Positions 1 to 12,442 of a stretch of DNA of 64,000 nt are shown piece by piece. Below the pieces are notes generated by a model, which searched no databases, had not been told where the DNA came from, and worked only from the letters and a program-made list of their open reading frames with translations. Source of the DNA: Fimbriosthenelais zetlandica (taxonomy: Eukaryota); assembly GCA_977030845.1 (NCBI GenBank), contig OZ365110.1:35154001-35218000 (forward strand), read 5' to 3'. The translations under genes were made by a program, and so were the position numbers. Numbering within the stretch: position 1 is the first letter of the stretch; every line of letters starts with the position of its first letter.

Positions 1-3000
1 ACATAATGTATCTAGACACAGGTGCGTGACAAGAGTCAAAACAAACAATGGTAGATCTGTGCATTGTCACTTTCCAGTCAATTAATAGTAAAGTATATGG
101 TACATTGCAGATATGCATGAAGTGCTATAACAATGATGGCTTTTTAATTAATATGTTCATGGGAGTTTCCACTCTGTAACAACCAAATGCATGAATTTTG
201 AATTTAAGTTTTGTTGTGGGAATTGTTCACTGACACTTGCCATTGAAATGCAGGCAGACCAAATTGAGCGAAGTTTAGTAGTGAGGCCACCTGGCCTGTG
301 TCGGAATTGCAAAAATCTTAACAACAGGACTTCACATTGTGCAGATAATCCGGGTGACAAACCAGTTTTAAGGGACAATTATAGTCCTTGTTTAATCTAT
401 ATGATGTGGACACTTTACAAGAAGTCTTTCTTACGTGTAGACTTTTGGAAGACTTTAGCGGACATTGTTCACTGACTTGCACAGATGAGTCTGCATGGTT
501 TGGACACTGCATTGGAAAGCAATTAAATTCATATGGACCAAAGGTGGGAACTGTCTGCTTTCAGCAAGTCAGTTTTCCAACTATATAATAGAGAACTCTA
601 TTCTGCCTTCCAATTCCATTCTGTGTTGCAACAGCCACCTTAGGGGTCCAGAATGCCCTATTCAGCATCTAAACAGCAAATTTTGGGCTGCAAATTATTG
701 ACTCAGAAAACCTCAATTTCTGATCCGGACCCCGTTCAGCCTTCAAACGGCCAATTTTAGAGGCTAGAAGACTTTATTTTGTATTCAAACAGCTGGTTTT
801 GGGTCTCAGAAACATCCATTCTGAATTGAAACAGCCAGTTTTCGCTCTGCAAAAACCATCATATATCAAGGGAGACGATCAGAATGCAGGTGGGTTTGAA
901 GTTGTTGGCACAGGACAAGCATACGTATGTGTCTCCAGTTTGTGGCGTGGACAGTCGAAGACATCGACAGTCAATGCACGTCCCCCTTCTCTGTCTGCTA
1001 TATCCAACCTTAGATCTCAATGTTTGAGATGGATCCAATCTCGACGAAAAACATTCTACTAGGTCATGCTTACACTAGTCCATTGTGGGGTGTCAGACTA
1101 CCTTCTGACATCCGTCCCCCACCCTCCTGATTCCATGTTCCTGATTTTAACACTGTCACCTAACCTTCAACACTTCAACAAATCCATGTAAATCACTCTA
1201 GAAGTCACTGCAAACTCAGTCAAATTGGGTAAAAGTTTGGGCTCACAGGACGGAATTGGGTACGAGTTGGGGTACCCAGTCCATATATATAGGGTAGATG
1301 AAAAGTTTGGGCTCCCAATGGAGTTTTACGGTTCTATGGTAAGGGACCAACATATATCGGATGAGTATTCAATAGTGACAATATCATTATTATCAAGTTT
1401 GACACATTACAAACATTACAAAACTAGCCACCACGATTACTAGTAATCATTAATAATCCCATTTCCCCTGCCAGAATAAGCTTTAAAAATACACTAAGCC
1501 ATTATAATATCATCATGACATATCCAGGAGAGTTTTACAAGGCAGCCTCACACCTCAATGATTAACCTCGTTAAATCAGGCAGCGTTTAACTTTAGAGAT
1601 CAATTATTTAGTTGCATTACCAAGAATTCTGATGATTCATATAGAACATAATTATAGAATTAATTTATAGGAATAGACTGAAGGCAATTATCTATCTCCT
1701 GTCCAGGTCGCCAATTACAACCAGCCTAAAACTTGTGTACACAACAAAGACCCTCTTTGAGAGAAAAATGTGTATTGAGAGGCAGACTGAAAGTTATAGA
1801 TGAGTACCAAAAAAACATACTTAAAACCTTAATATTTACATAAAAACTTAATATATAAGTCATCGTTTCTTAATGCCTGTTACTCTATAGTAAAATACAC
1901 TTTGAAATTTAAATAGTTCAAAAATTCACATTTTGACATAATTCCTCATGCAAGGACTAAGTGCTTTCCAAACATAGACAAAGTAAAATCTTTAGTTCTA
2001 GGCCCATAGACACACCTAAATCCATCTTTTTGTAATTCCTATTCCACTATGTGTAAAGTGAACATTTTCAAACTTCTGTCTAGACTCTTGTCTCTAAGCA
2101 AAGTACTGGTACTTAACTGCTATAACAACACAGCCTCCTAGCCCTCTATTCTAATCCTCCAGTCTTGCACCCACCCACCATTCTGACCTGCTGCCATGGC
2201 AACAACAGAGTTTCCTCCTAGACTTGACCACAACACCTCTAAGCATACACACCAGTCAGGGTCTCCCCCTAGACTTGACCACAAACCCCTTGGCTATATA
2301 TAATTCTGTTGGATAATCACTTATTGTGTCAAAGTAATCAATTTCAGGCTAATGTTTTTAAATATGAGAGAACAAAACTAAACTCTTGATAGGTATTACA
2401 AATTGTAGATTTAGATATTCTCTATCTTATACTTAATTTAATTCTCTCAGTGCCATGAGGCATATAAGTTTCACTGTTACATGTGGACTCAAATGCTTCA
2501 ATTACCACAGATGTGTCATTGCTTTCATTAAAAAGAAGCTGAACATTTCATTGTGCAATCAATCTTCTCATAAAATAGATGCCATTGTTATGATTGACCA
2601 GCAGAGTTATTCTCTGAACAGTTCTAATAAAAAATAGGCTTAAAGAAAGAAAGACTTAGGCAAGTCTCTCTTCACTAATCCAAGTGACCACGAGAGTGGA
2701 GGGTTGGGGGGTGGGGGGGGGGGGGGGGGGGGGGTGCTGCAGGTGCTACCTTGACCTTGTCTTAAATTTTTGTGTATTCAAAAGCATAATTAGAAAGAAT
2801 TACTGTACTGCATAATGCAATACATGTATGCAAAGGTCTATTTATGTGCATCATTTTTTGTAATTCATACTAAGCTCTATCTTTAAAAATAAACTTGCCA
2901 GAGTGAAAAAAGCATGAAAATATTGACCAAAATGGAAAATATTAAAAAAATTATAACAAATCAACTTACAAGTGGAATACATTATGCAATATAGGTATCA

Positions 3001-3547
3001 ACAGGTCTTTTTATGTACTTTAATTCATCTAATTCATTTTAAGCTTTGTCTTTAAAAATAAACTTGCTGGATTAAATAAACTGAAAATATTGGGTTAATT
3101 AGATTTTACATCAATGTGACGTCATTTACGTCACATGGGTCTTCACCAAAAACTATTTTTCAGATACGCCCCACCCAAAGGATTCTTATTAACCAAGTGT
3201 AATCAATTTCTAACATTTTTTAATTGGGAAGAAATGGCATTTGAGAGATTTCATACCCCTGACCTAATTACACATAACTAATTAGGTCAAAGGTCAAATA
3301 TGTAGGTCAACTTATAGTCCATCATGTATCTTTACACTACATACCATTCATCTTATTCTAGATCCGCATGGGTCCAAAAAAATTACAATCAAATTTTACC
3401 AATTTGGCTGGTTTGGTGACGTCATATGACGTCATGTGATGACGTATGACATCCATTCATCACATTTGACCACTCCTTACTATGGTCTACAATATGTGTA
3501 AAAACCTCTAATATAAACCCGTTTTTCATCAAAAGTCTAACTACAAC

Positions 3548-3586
<39 letters not shown>

Positions 3587-6500
3587 ATAGTGTAGAACAA
3601 CGAGCACAAAATCTAAAACCCCATTTTCCCCATAAAGGGGAAATGGGATTAATTTGGTCTCTCAAGATAAAATTGACAATTCAGAGTCAATGCAATAACA
3701 AGGGTAGTTTATCTTGCCATATTATCACTGTTTTTTGTACAGTCCACGCCCATTGGTCTTACCAAGAGTGACGTAGACACTTAGCAGATCTTATAAACCC
3801 AAGAGTTGTTCCTGAGTCAACAAAGATGAATGAATGTCACTCTTCTTTCAACATGATGTCAAACTCGCTTTCACCAGTCTACTGAGTGACTGTTTTTGGA
3901 GACATCATGTCTTGTAATTTCATACATACAAAGGGAAGCTAAAAATTGCACTCAAAAAGCCCAGAGCAGGTTAATGACTCAAATAAATCGACTTCTATTT
4001 CTGTTAATTTAAGTAATGGGCGAGTAAAGCTAAAGAGACAACTCGCTGTCATTAACTCAGCAAAAAACTGTTACAAGAAAATAGAAGGCATACTCCCTTA
4101 CCAGAAGTAAAATTAGTCAAACTAAAATCTGATACACAAACATCACTGAATAAAATCAGAGTCCATGGACACTAAATTGTGTTGATAACTATCAATTTGG
4201 TCTGCAGAATCACCCACAAAGTTTTGAACACTTTCAAAAAATGCACGTTATTTAAAAAGGTCAGAATTAACACTTTCGACCGTTCCACTGCTACATTTTC
4301 TTACACAGCTAGGTGTACATTAGTTCCTATTCATCAGGTTATATCATGGATGAATGAATGTCAACTGCCCCTAAATGATCAAGTTGTCATGGTTCACCAA
4401 TAATTTTGGCGACACTGTATATATCTCATTCTTCTATAAGTCATTCTTGTACATCTGATACATACATTCCTGTACATCGGATACTATAATCAAATACTTT
4501 TTTTCTTGGCAGTTTTTGTTTGCAAAATACTTCAAGGTTTATTGTACATATTAATGCCTAATACAGTATCTTGTTACATGCTAAAAAGCTCCGTGAACGT
4601 TTTGGAATGCGATGTACAGTGGTGAGGGTCCCCCATGAGCATTTCACAACCCATTTAGTTTTCACAATTAATTCATTGTGAGGGGTAGACCCAACTTTGA
4701 TGTGAGTTTAAATCTGTAACCCCAAGGTCAGTTTTCATTGACCAGGGGCCTGTTTCAAATGTAAAAAGGTGAGCTACATTATCCCATAGGCTTAAAATAC
4801 AAAGTAGCGCTTCATTTTTATGAATTGGTCCCCATGGATGAGTAACCAATGTACTAGGTATTCAGGGAATACAAAGGTTTAACAGACTTCGACTTAAAGT
4901 GTACTTTAAAATAATATCAAAAGCCCGGAATACCTTACTATAAAGGTGTGGTATACTGATTTATATTGTCACTGCTATTACTGTAACTTGAAATCAACTT
5001 TAGGAAAGATTGGATCCTCAAATTAGGTCTTGAAAATTGAAATCACGTCTCGCAAATTTAGAAACGTGTAACTAAGTCTAGAAATAAATCTAGAAATAAA
5101 TTAGCTAGACTTGAAATCACGTTTAGAAACTTATTTCAGTTGTCAAGGAACTTGATATCATACTCCAGAGATGTCCAGCTGTTACTGAGAAAAAAATCCT
5201 AGATATAGGATTTACTTGAAGTGAGTGACTAAATCCTATTATTAAATTGCAACACAGGTAAAATTTCTACACGCCTCTTGATGTCTGGTCTTCCGACATT
5301 TCAACCGCAGGCCATCCTGTCCTCAACCGCCAGGACAATGGTGGGTAAATATTAAAAAACAACTGTCACCTCAAAGGCATTGTGACAGGAAGTCCTTTGA
5401 ACCATGACACTCACTCAATTTGCTGGGAAGAAAGTGGTTAAAATTCAACCAAGCCAGAATGCATTAAAATTGCGGTCATTTTGGGATTGTACGAGGGCTT
5501 GAGAAGGCTTCTGAATGAATAATAGAGGTGTACTATACTATAGTTGTGAATTGTCTACTAATGCCTCGTTTTCTTTCTCTGTCATCTGAATCTTTGATTC
5601 CTTGCCAAATGTCTGGATATATGTGGTAGTAAAAATAATTTGGTCTCTAGATCAGAGATCTATATCAAAATAGTGCACCGACTACATAGATGCAAGTCTG
5701 GCTCTTCGACAATTCTTAAAAGTTCAAAAGACTGTTTTTCAATGGGCATTTTTCAGTGTTTTCAAGAAAAGTATAATTACTTGGAAAGTTGGAATCATTT
5801 ATTCCGGTCTACTCGAGTCTAAATCTCCCAACATCTTCTTACCTAAGTGGGAAACTATTTGAAAAAACATCTGGGACATACCTGGAATTTCAAAGTAACC
5901 CCACCCCCGACAAAATCAGCTAATTGTCTGGAAACTTGTATCTAATCTACCTATTCTATATGACTATCCTTTCACATACATTTCCACTATTAACATATGT
6001 CATTATTCATGGAAGGTCTGTCTTACATAATGATAAATTAGTAAGTGCAGTTTTAATAGGACCTACACGTTAGGTTGGTTGATTATTCACTCATTTATCA
6101 AACCACGGTTAGACCTCGCCCACAAGGCTCCATACACCACGAAATAACACTTAACTAAAGTGTTTCTCCATTGTCTGTTCATAATGGGTGGAAAAGTCAC
6201 TTTATATTTCCATAAAGAAAAATTTTCTAACACATTGATTCAATTTAGAGGCACCTAATACTTGTTCCAAGTGCGTATATGTAATTTAGTTAGCAGTCCT
6301 TTAGAAGCAAACGGCAAAAGGGAAAACTTATTTTTCTTTCATTTCGACTGAGGGGATATCAAAGCAATTCCATGAGAATGACAGGATATTGCCTTCCTCC
6401 CTTCCAACTGTTTTTTTCAATCCTAGCCGACTTAGCCAATCCTAGCTGACTTAGCCATGAATGAAAAAAAACTTGCAGGATATCTAGGGCGATAATGCAA

Positions 6501-6935
6501 TAAATGTAATGTATTCGTTTGAAGTTCTTATATGTATCATTTACTTGAATATGAAAGCAATCATGCTTTGACACTATTTCCCATACACTGCATAAATGTA
6601 TGACACTACACTGCATGAATGTATCATATCCCCCTTATTCTATGATAAGCTACAGGCAAAGTTCACTGAATAGAAAAGACTTGAAAATGGCAGGGGCAAT
6701 ATTTGCTGAGGCTGCAAGTGTTTTCTAGGAGATCCACTGAAGTTGTTATGTCTTTAGATAAGCACGCACAGACACCACTTGAGACTCTCCTGGATCCACC
6801 CAAAAGCCAAACCATTTACTTTGCATTGTGATATTAAGATTCCCCCAACAAAAGCTGTGAATTGGTCGATCCATGCTCTATTGATATCCCAAAATATTTC
6901 TGATATGATTTAAATAATGATTGAAGGGAACTTAC

Positions 6936-7269
6936 CATGGTTGTAGTCGGTTAAATGGTGGTCTAGACGTAGGTATACCAATGATGGGTGCACGCACGAG
7001 GATAGTTGGGACTGGAGTGGGCTGGAGAGGCGGGATGAGTCTCCAAAACTATAGCCTCTGGTGGTAGAGTGGGAGTTAATAGACTTGCCCAAGACTCGCG
7101 GCCATTCCTTGCTTGGTGATTGATGTCGCATAGCAGCCGACGTCATAACGCAACGAGTAGGAAACACGCAGTAGGAACGACGGACCGCATATTTTCGTGA
7201 CTTATATCGCAGCAGAAATATAGACCTGTACTCAGTACTGTCGGGACTATGTCGCGACACAAAGGACAT
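6936..7269 (-). other. Probable first exon / CpG-rich promoter of an unresolved minus-strand gene
   Basis: CpG-rich island in AT-rich DNA, 111-codon open frame from ATG 7269, strong donor ACAACCATG|GTAAGT at 6936/6935. No convincing downstream product could be assembled. Confidence 0.4.
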
Positions 7270-7399
7270 TGTCGAAACAATTGATGGAACTTCCCAATGG
7301 AAAGCAATTTTTTCTTTGCTTGAGGTTATAATATTATGTTATCCACAGTCATTTGATGATTAAGAGAAAACAGGATGTTGGTTCCTGAAAGAAACAATG

Positions 7400-7540
7400 G
7401 TTCATTTACATGCCCCTCACCAGAGAGTGAGAGGCATGGCTGGCCTTTTACAGGCCTCTCATCATAGACATTAGAAAACAGGGCTGGTATTTTAAATGCC
7501 TCTCTCCATAGGCAGTGGGAAACATGGCTGCCCTTTTAAT
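7400..7540 (+). repeat. 44-bp hairpin-unit repeat family, copy (~3 units)
   Basis: Units of GGCTGGCCTTTTACATGCCTCTCACCATAGACAGTGGGAGACAT. Confidence 0.8.
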
Positions 7541-9834
7541 TTAATATAACCAAGTTAGCTGCAAATGGGACAAGAGGACAATTATTGTAAGTTTGGAGGC
7601 TGAGCCCAGAGATCTCACACATTCCCGATTCCAACACTTAACCACCCAATCCGCCGCCCCAATATATATGTGCCATGTAATATATATTTTCTTAATATAT
7701 ATTTTGAATTTAACTTGCAGTTTTCGGTGGTATTCCTTCACTTCGTCATCTGCGTCATTCCTTCTGTAGCAAGATCCTGCAAAAAGTTAAATGTTCAGAT
7801 TTAAATTTTTCTTAATCTGTACTTGCAAATTCCTTACTTTATTTTTCATACATGTAATTGGACACCTGATTTCCATAGTGTCAAATTCATCATGGGAAAT
7901 CATACAAAAATGATAAAATTTGAATATTTCAATAGCATGTGTAAAAAGTACTTTCGTGTACATTTCATAAATAATAATAAATTCATTGTATCTTATTTTT
8001 ATCCTTGTGTAAACTGATCAAATCTTGACAGCTTGCTGACTATTATGACTTTGTCATTGAAGGAAAAAGCGCCAGACCAGAAAGACCCCAAGGCCCGGTG
8101 TCAAGTTTTTCCCCACTTCCCATCTCATATCATTAGTCAAGAATTCCTTTATTCTTCCCAGCAAGAACAAGATATCAACAGCTACATCTGCACTCTAAGA
8201 AATGACTGATGAACGAATAAGAACACAATGAAATCCACTTTGAAAATTAAAGTGTGGCACCAATGACGAACGATGAGTTCATGGAATTATTACGATGGAA
8301 ATCAAGTCATTTTTGCCAATTTCCAATCGTTTTTTAACAAAACAAGACTGTAACCATTTCTAAGAGTGTAGAGCTGACTGAAACTTCCATATTTCACCCT
8401 ATTTCTCATGTGATGAAATAATAAATCTTCAGGAAAGTGGATGATATCAAATGATGCAATCAGTAAGTGATGTATGGGAATGGATGTTAGGGGAGCAGCT
8501 ATAGGGCGCTCACTCAGACCGACTGACGTTACAGTATGTGTATAAAGGGGGTGACCATTTAACATGGTTTTTCACAATGGGTTCAACTAATGGAATGAAC
8601 TACTTAATGTTTCAAGTGAATCAGGTTATGTGATTGACTGTCACCTGCCTTAATAATATTATTTAGTGTTAGTGAACAGCTGTTCCTACAATTGCTTCAT
8701 ATTATATACATTCATAACAGTTTGTTTGCCCTTACTTATTTTCCCTTTGATCTTCGAGTCTCCTTCAATTTTCTATATATTTTCTATTATGCCAATCAAC
8801 GCAATCATCTTGGATTCATTAAATTTTATCATAGATGCATGTTCAGTTTCAGATGTTACTATTCCAACCCATCCATTCTGTCAACAAAAGATCCAATTAT
8901 TCCCATTTAATTTAATTTATTTAAAAGTGTATTAAAATTCCCTCTGAACCTCACCCAGCAAAATTCACACAAAAATACCCGAATCAAAATTCATCGCAAA
9001 ATCGATCAATATGAGAAGAAAAGACCTAACAGTGACGATATGTGTGACCGATTGATCCACCATGGGGAGTGGGCGGTGGGCATCAGACTGTCACCTACAT
9101 GAAAGACCATTGAAATAAACACACATCCACAGCACGTGGCGAGGGTCAAAGGTTGACCATTCAATTATCAATCATATTCTAGGCTGACCACTGAGACATG
9201 ATCTACTAGTTCGGACTTTGTCTAGATCTACATACATGCTATTGTTTCAACACCTGATGCCTTATAGTGGAAACCTGCACTAGACCAAAACAATATCCGT
9301 GCTGAATTTATCACATTACACTTTGTTATACTGCAGCCAAGTATATTAGGCCTATGTTTAGGAATATGCAGGATGCAGGAGACATGGCTGGCCTTTGATA
9401 TCCAATTTAGCAACACTGGATGGAGAAGGACAATGGCAAGTTTGGAGAATCATTGGAGAACTGAACCAGGGACCTCCTATACATTCAACAACCTAATAGA
9501 ATAAAGGGTCATTCTTTCAACAATATCAGAAAAAATAAAAGATGCATTGATAGATAAAATGTCCAAGTTCATACATAGATCTTACTCTAAGCATAGACAT
9601 ATAGGGTCACTGCATGCACAACAATGCTTTAGCCTATGGTTGTGCGATGACCCATTAGAAGGTCTAAGCATGCAATCTTAATGATCTTGCTTGCATGCCA
9701 AAGGTCATTTGAGCAATACATCGGACTAATTGGTTTATTACCTAGGTCTAATGCTAAATTATATTATCTTAAGTTAGCACCTAGACAATAGCATCATGGA
9801 CCTGTATCTCCATTCGTGATGTGTTTTCAATAAA

Positions 9835-10060
9835 AGAGTCTAAAGTCGCACAGGCACATTCAGCGCTGCAGGCCTGTGTGCTTTGTACACAAGCTATTTA
9901 TTTTTCTTAGAATTTCGCGTTAAAAGCAAGTATGTTTATATTATTTTTGTGAGTGAAATTGAGAAAATCTCAACTGTGTGTGTATTGTCCCTTCAAGATT
10001 TGTTCCAGTTGGACAGATATTGTATGAAATGTGTATCTTCTCTATTAGAAGACGCAAGTA
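9835..10060 (+). mobile_element. Dispersed repeat fragment, second diverged copy at ~22110-22330
   Basis: Shared GAGTCTAA..GTCGCACAGG..TTTGTACACAAGCTATTTATTT..GAGTGAAATTGA..CAAGATTTG..CCAGTTGG blocks; no coding capacity seen. Confidence 0.65.
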
Positions 10061-10439
10061 ACTCAAAATCCATGCATTTTTCCGCCTTTAGACTCATTTT
10101 AGTGAAAACATGTGACATGTGCAAGTCATTAATATTCTGACAGCATGTTCCCTCAGCGAGTATTTACACATAAGGTTTGTCATAGCCTTGTAGAGCTCTG
10201 TAACTTTATAAGTCACCCAGAGATGAGAGTTTACCTTAAGCGTAAACTCAAACTGAGAGATCAGGACCCGGGATATATTTTCTCAACAAGTATAGCATGA
10301 AGTTTGTTTCAAGGTCAAATGATGAGAATTGATTTATCTGTAATTTTATTGGAATAATTTTATTGTTACAGCGACATCCATGTAGTCATGTCGCGATGAT
10401 GAGGAAACACACTGTTGGTAGTATATGGCCTACAATGGC

Positions 10440-10680
10440 AATATGGTTTATTTACATGCCTCATTGGCTCTCACATGCCTCACACCATATAATAGACAAG
10501 TTTGTGAGGAGATGGTGTTGTGCATGCCTCTCACCATCGACAGTGGGAGACATGGCTGGCCTTTTACACAAGCCTCTCACCATAGACAGTAGGAGGAATA
10601 ACTGGCCTTTTACAGGTCTCATGTAGAAATAGCTGGCATTTGATTACCCAGTTAGCAGCACTGGTTTGAGGAAAATGAAC
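10440..10680 (+). repeat. 44-bp hairpin-unit repeat family, copy with tail
   Basis: Same units followed by TTTGATTACCCAGTTAGCAGCACTGG. Confidence 0.8.
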
Positions 10681-11949
10681 ATTTCTTGTAGAAAAATTCT
10701 TTAAAAATTGGAGCAATAAATAAAGAGAGACAGGGACATGGACAGAACAAGTCTTGTTGTGACTCTAGTACTAGCAACGTCAGTGTGTTTTTTGTGACTC
10801 AACAAATAGCTTGGTGACAGTAACAGGTTTGTTTGTAGGAGGAGGGGGGCCTCCGATTCAAATTCTTGGCAACCGATACCTGCTCGTGTTAATATGTTTC
10901 AGTTATATAACTCGAGGGCAGTGAATTAATTTACATGATTAATATTTGTATTTATATTTTTTGGGAAGTTAGACTTTTGAAAGCGAACGTTACCATTACG
11001 ACAGAAAAATTCAGTTGTACATTTGTTAAATTCGAATGTAGCCGATATATATATTTTGAATTTACTTATGAATATATAGGCTTATAGGCCTATTCTCATA
11101 TTTGTAAATTGGTTTCTATTAAAAATGATCCCTTTCAGTATAATAATGGGCACTATCAGGGACATAATTCCCAATCAAATTTCAAAAGGGATGCATAAGC
11201 ATTAGCAAGACGTTTTCCATGATAGTCAAAGCAATCTAACATCTAATGCAATTATAATCCCACAAAAAGCATGATCCAATTAAGACAGCGGTAAATGGAC
11301 TGAAATAATGCATCCTCCCAATTACTAATCTCCCCAAAAGGATAATTAATGGGAGATATGGAGCAAGACTAACGGTGAAGAGATCTTTTTATGATATTGA
11401 GGAGAGAGTGCATATCTATACGCAGACATAGTTTAAGTCTCAGACGGCCGGCTGTTATGCATAGCAACCAAACTATTTCCACCTTCCCACCTTCACTTAT
11501 TCATCCCTAAAATACACAAGAGATTGAGAAATTTGGATCGGACTGAGAAAAATAGATAAAATAGAGTGAAATGTGTTGAAATCTGTGAATTGTTTACATG
11601 TGGTCTAAGTGGAGAGTATATTGAGGGGATAGCAAACAAGCAAGCAACCTATAGAAAGGTGAATACCGTATCTGTACCACTCAGCACTCTTGTCAGAAAA
11701 CGTATAGTCAAACCGCCCAGCCCAACGACATACCTCAGACTGCCACTCCCTTCAATCATTTTGTTGCCTGGTCATATTTTCCATCAATTCCTTAATATAA
11801 CCCCTTGAAGATGTTTCATGCACATAGGCTGAAGTGCATCCCCTTGATATGTGACCATTCATATGTCTCCCATTGGTGACCATTTTGTCTTGTATTTGCA
11901 CCTGGTAGCCTGGCCAAATTTGATGGGGATGGGTACTGTATATTGACGC

Positions 11950-12442
11950 TTGGTCGTTTCAGTGCCCAGCTCCCCTCATTTCAGAAATACACAGGAGATT
12001 TCTGCTCTCGAACTTACAGTAGCGACCAAAACCTCCTGCAGTCCAATGTATAATTATATACCCTTGGTCGTTTCTGTGCCCAGTCCCACTCATTTCATAA
12101 AAGTACCGGAGATTTATGCTTTCAAACTTACAGTAGCGACCAAAACCTCCTGTAGTCCAATGTATATTATACGCTTGGTCGTTTCTGTGCCCAGCTCCCC
12201 TCGGTTCATAAAAGTACCAGAACGTTTCACTCTCTAACTTACAGTAGCGACCAAAACCTGTAGTCAAAGGTATAAAACCTTGGTCGTTTCTGTGCAGCCC
12301 CACTTATTTCAGAAAAGTACCAGAACCTTCTGCTTCTGCTCTCTAACTTATAGTAGCGGCCAAAACCTACTATTATACAACCCTTGGTACCCTTGGTCGT
12401 TCCTGAACCCAGCTCCCCTCAGTTCATAAAAGTACCGGAGCA
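11950..12442. repeat. Tandem repeat, ~4.4 copies of a 105-114-bp unit
   Basis: Units start with TTGGTCG at 11950, 12064, 12175, 12280 and 12393; each of the four complete units carries CAGTAGCGACCAA (TAGTAGCGGCCAA in unit 4). Confidence 0.92.

Noticed and set aside
157-1062. Cluster of overlapping 64-94-aa ORFs on both strands
   Set aside because: No recognisable domain, no consistent splice framework, several non-ATG starts; may be UTR or decayed repeat.
7715-7776. Exon-like segment on minus (acceptor tttttgcag|, SCYRRNDADDEVKEYHRKLQ)
   Set aside because: Weak donor (AA|GTTAAA) and no partner exons identified.
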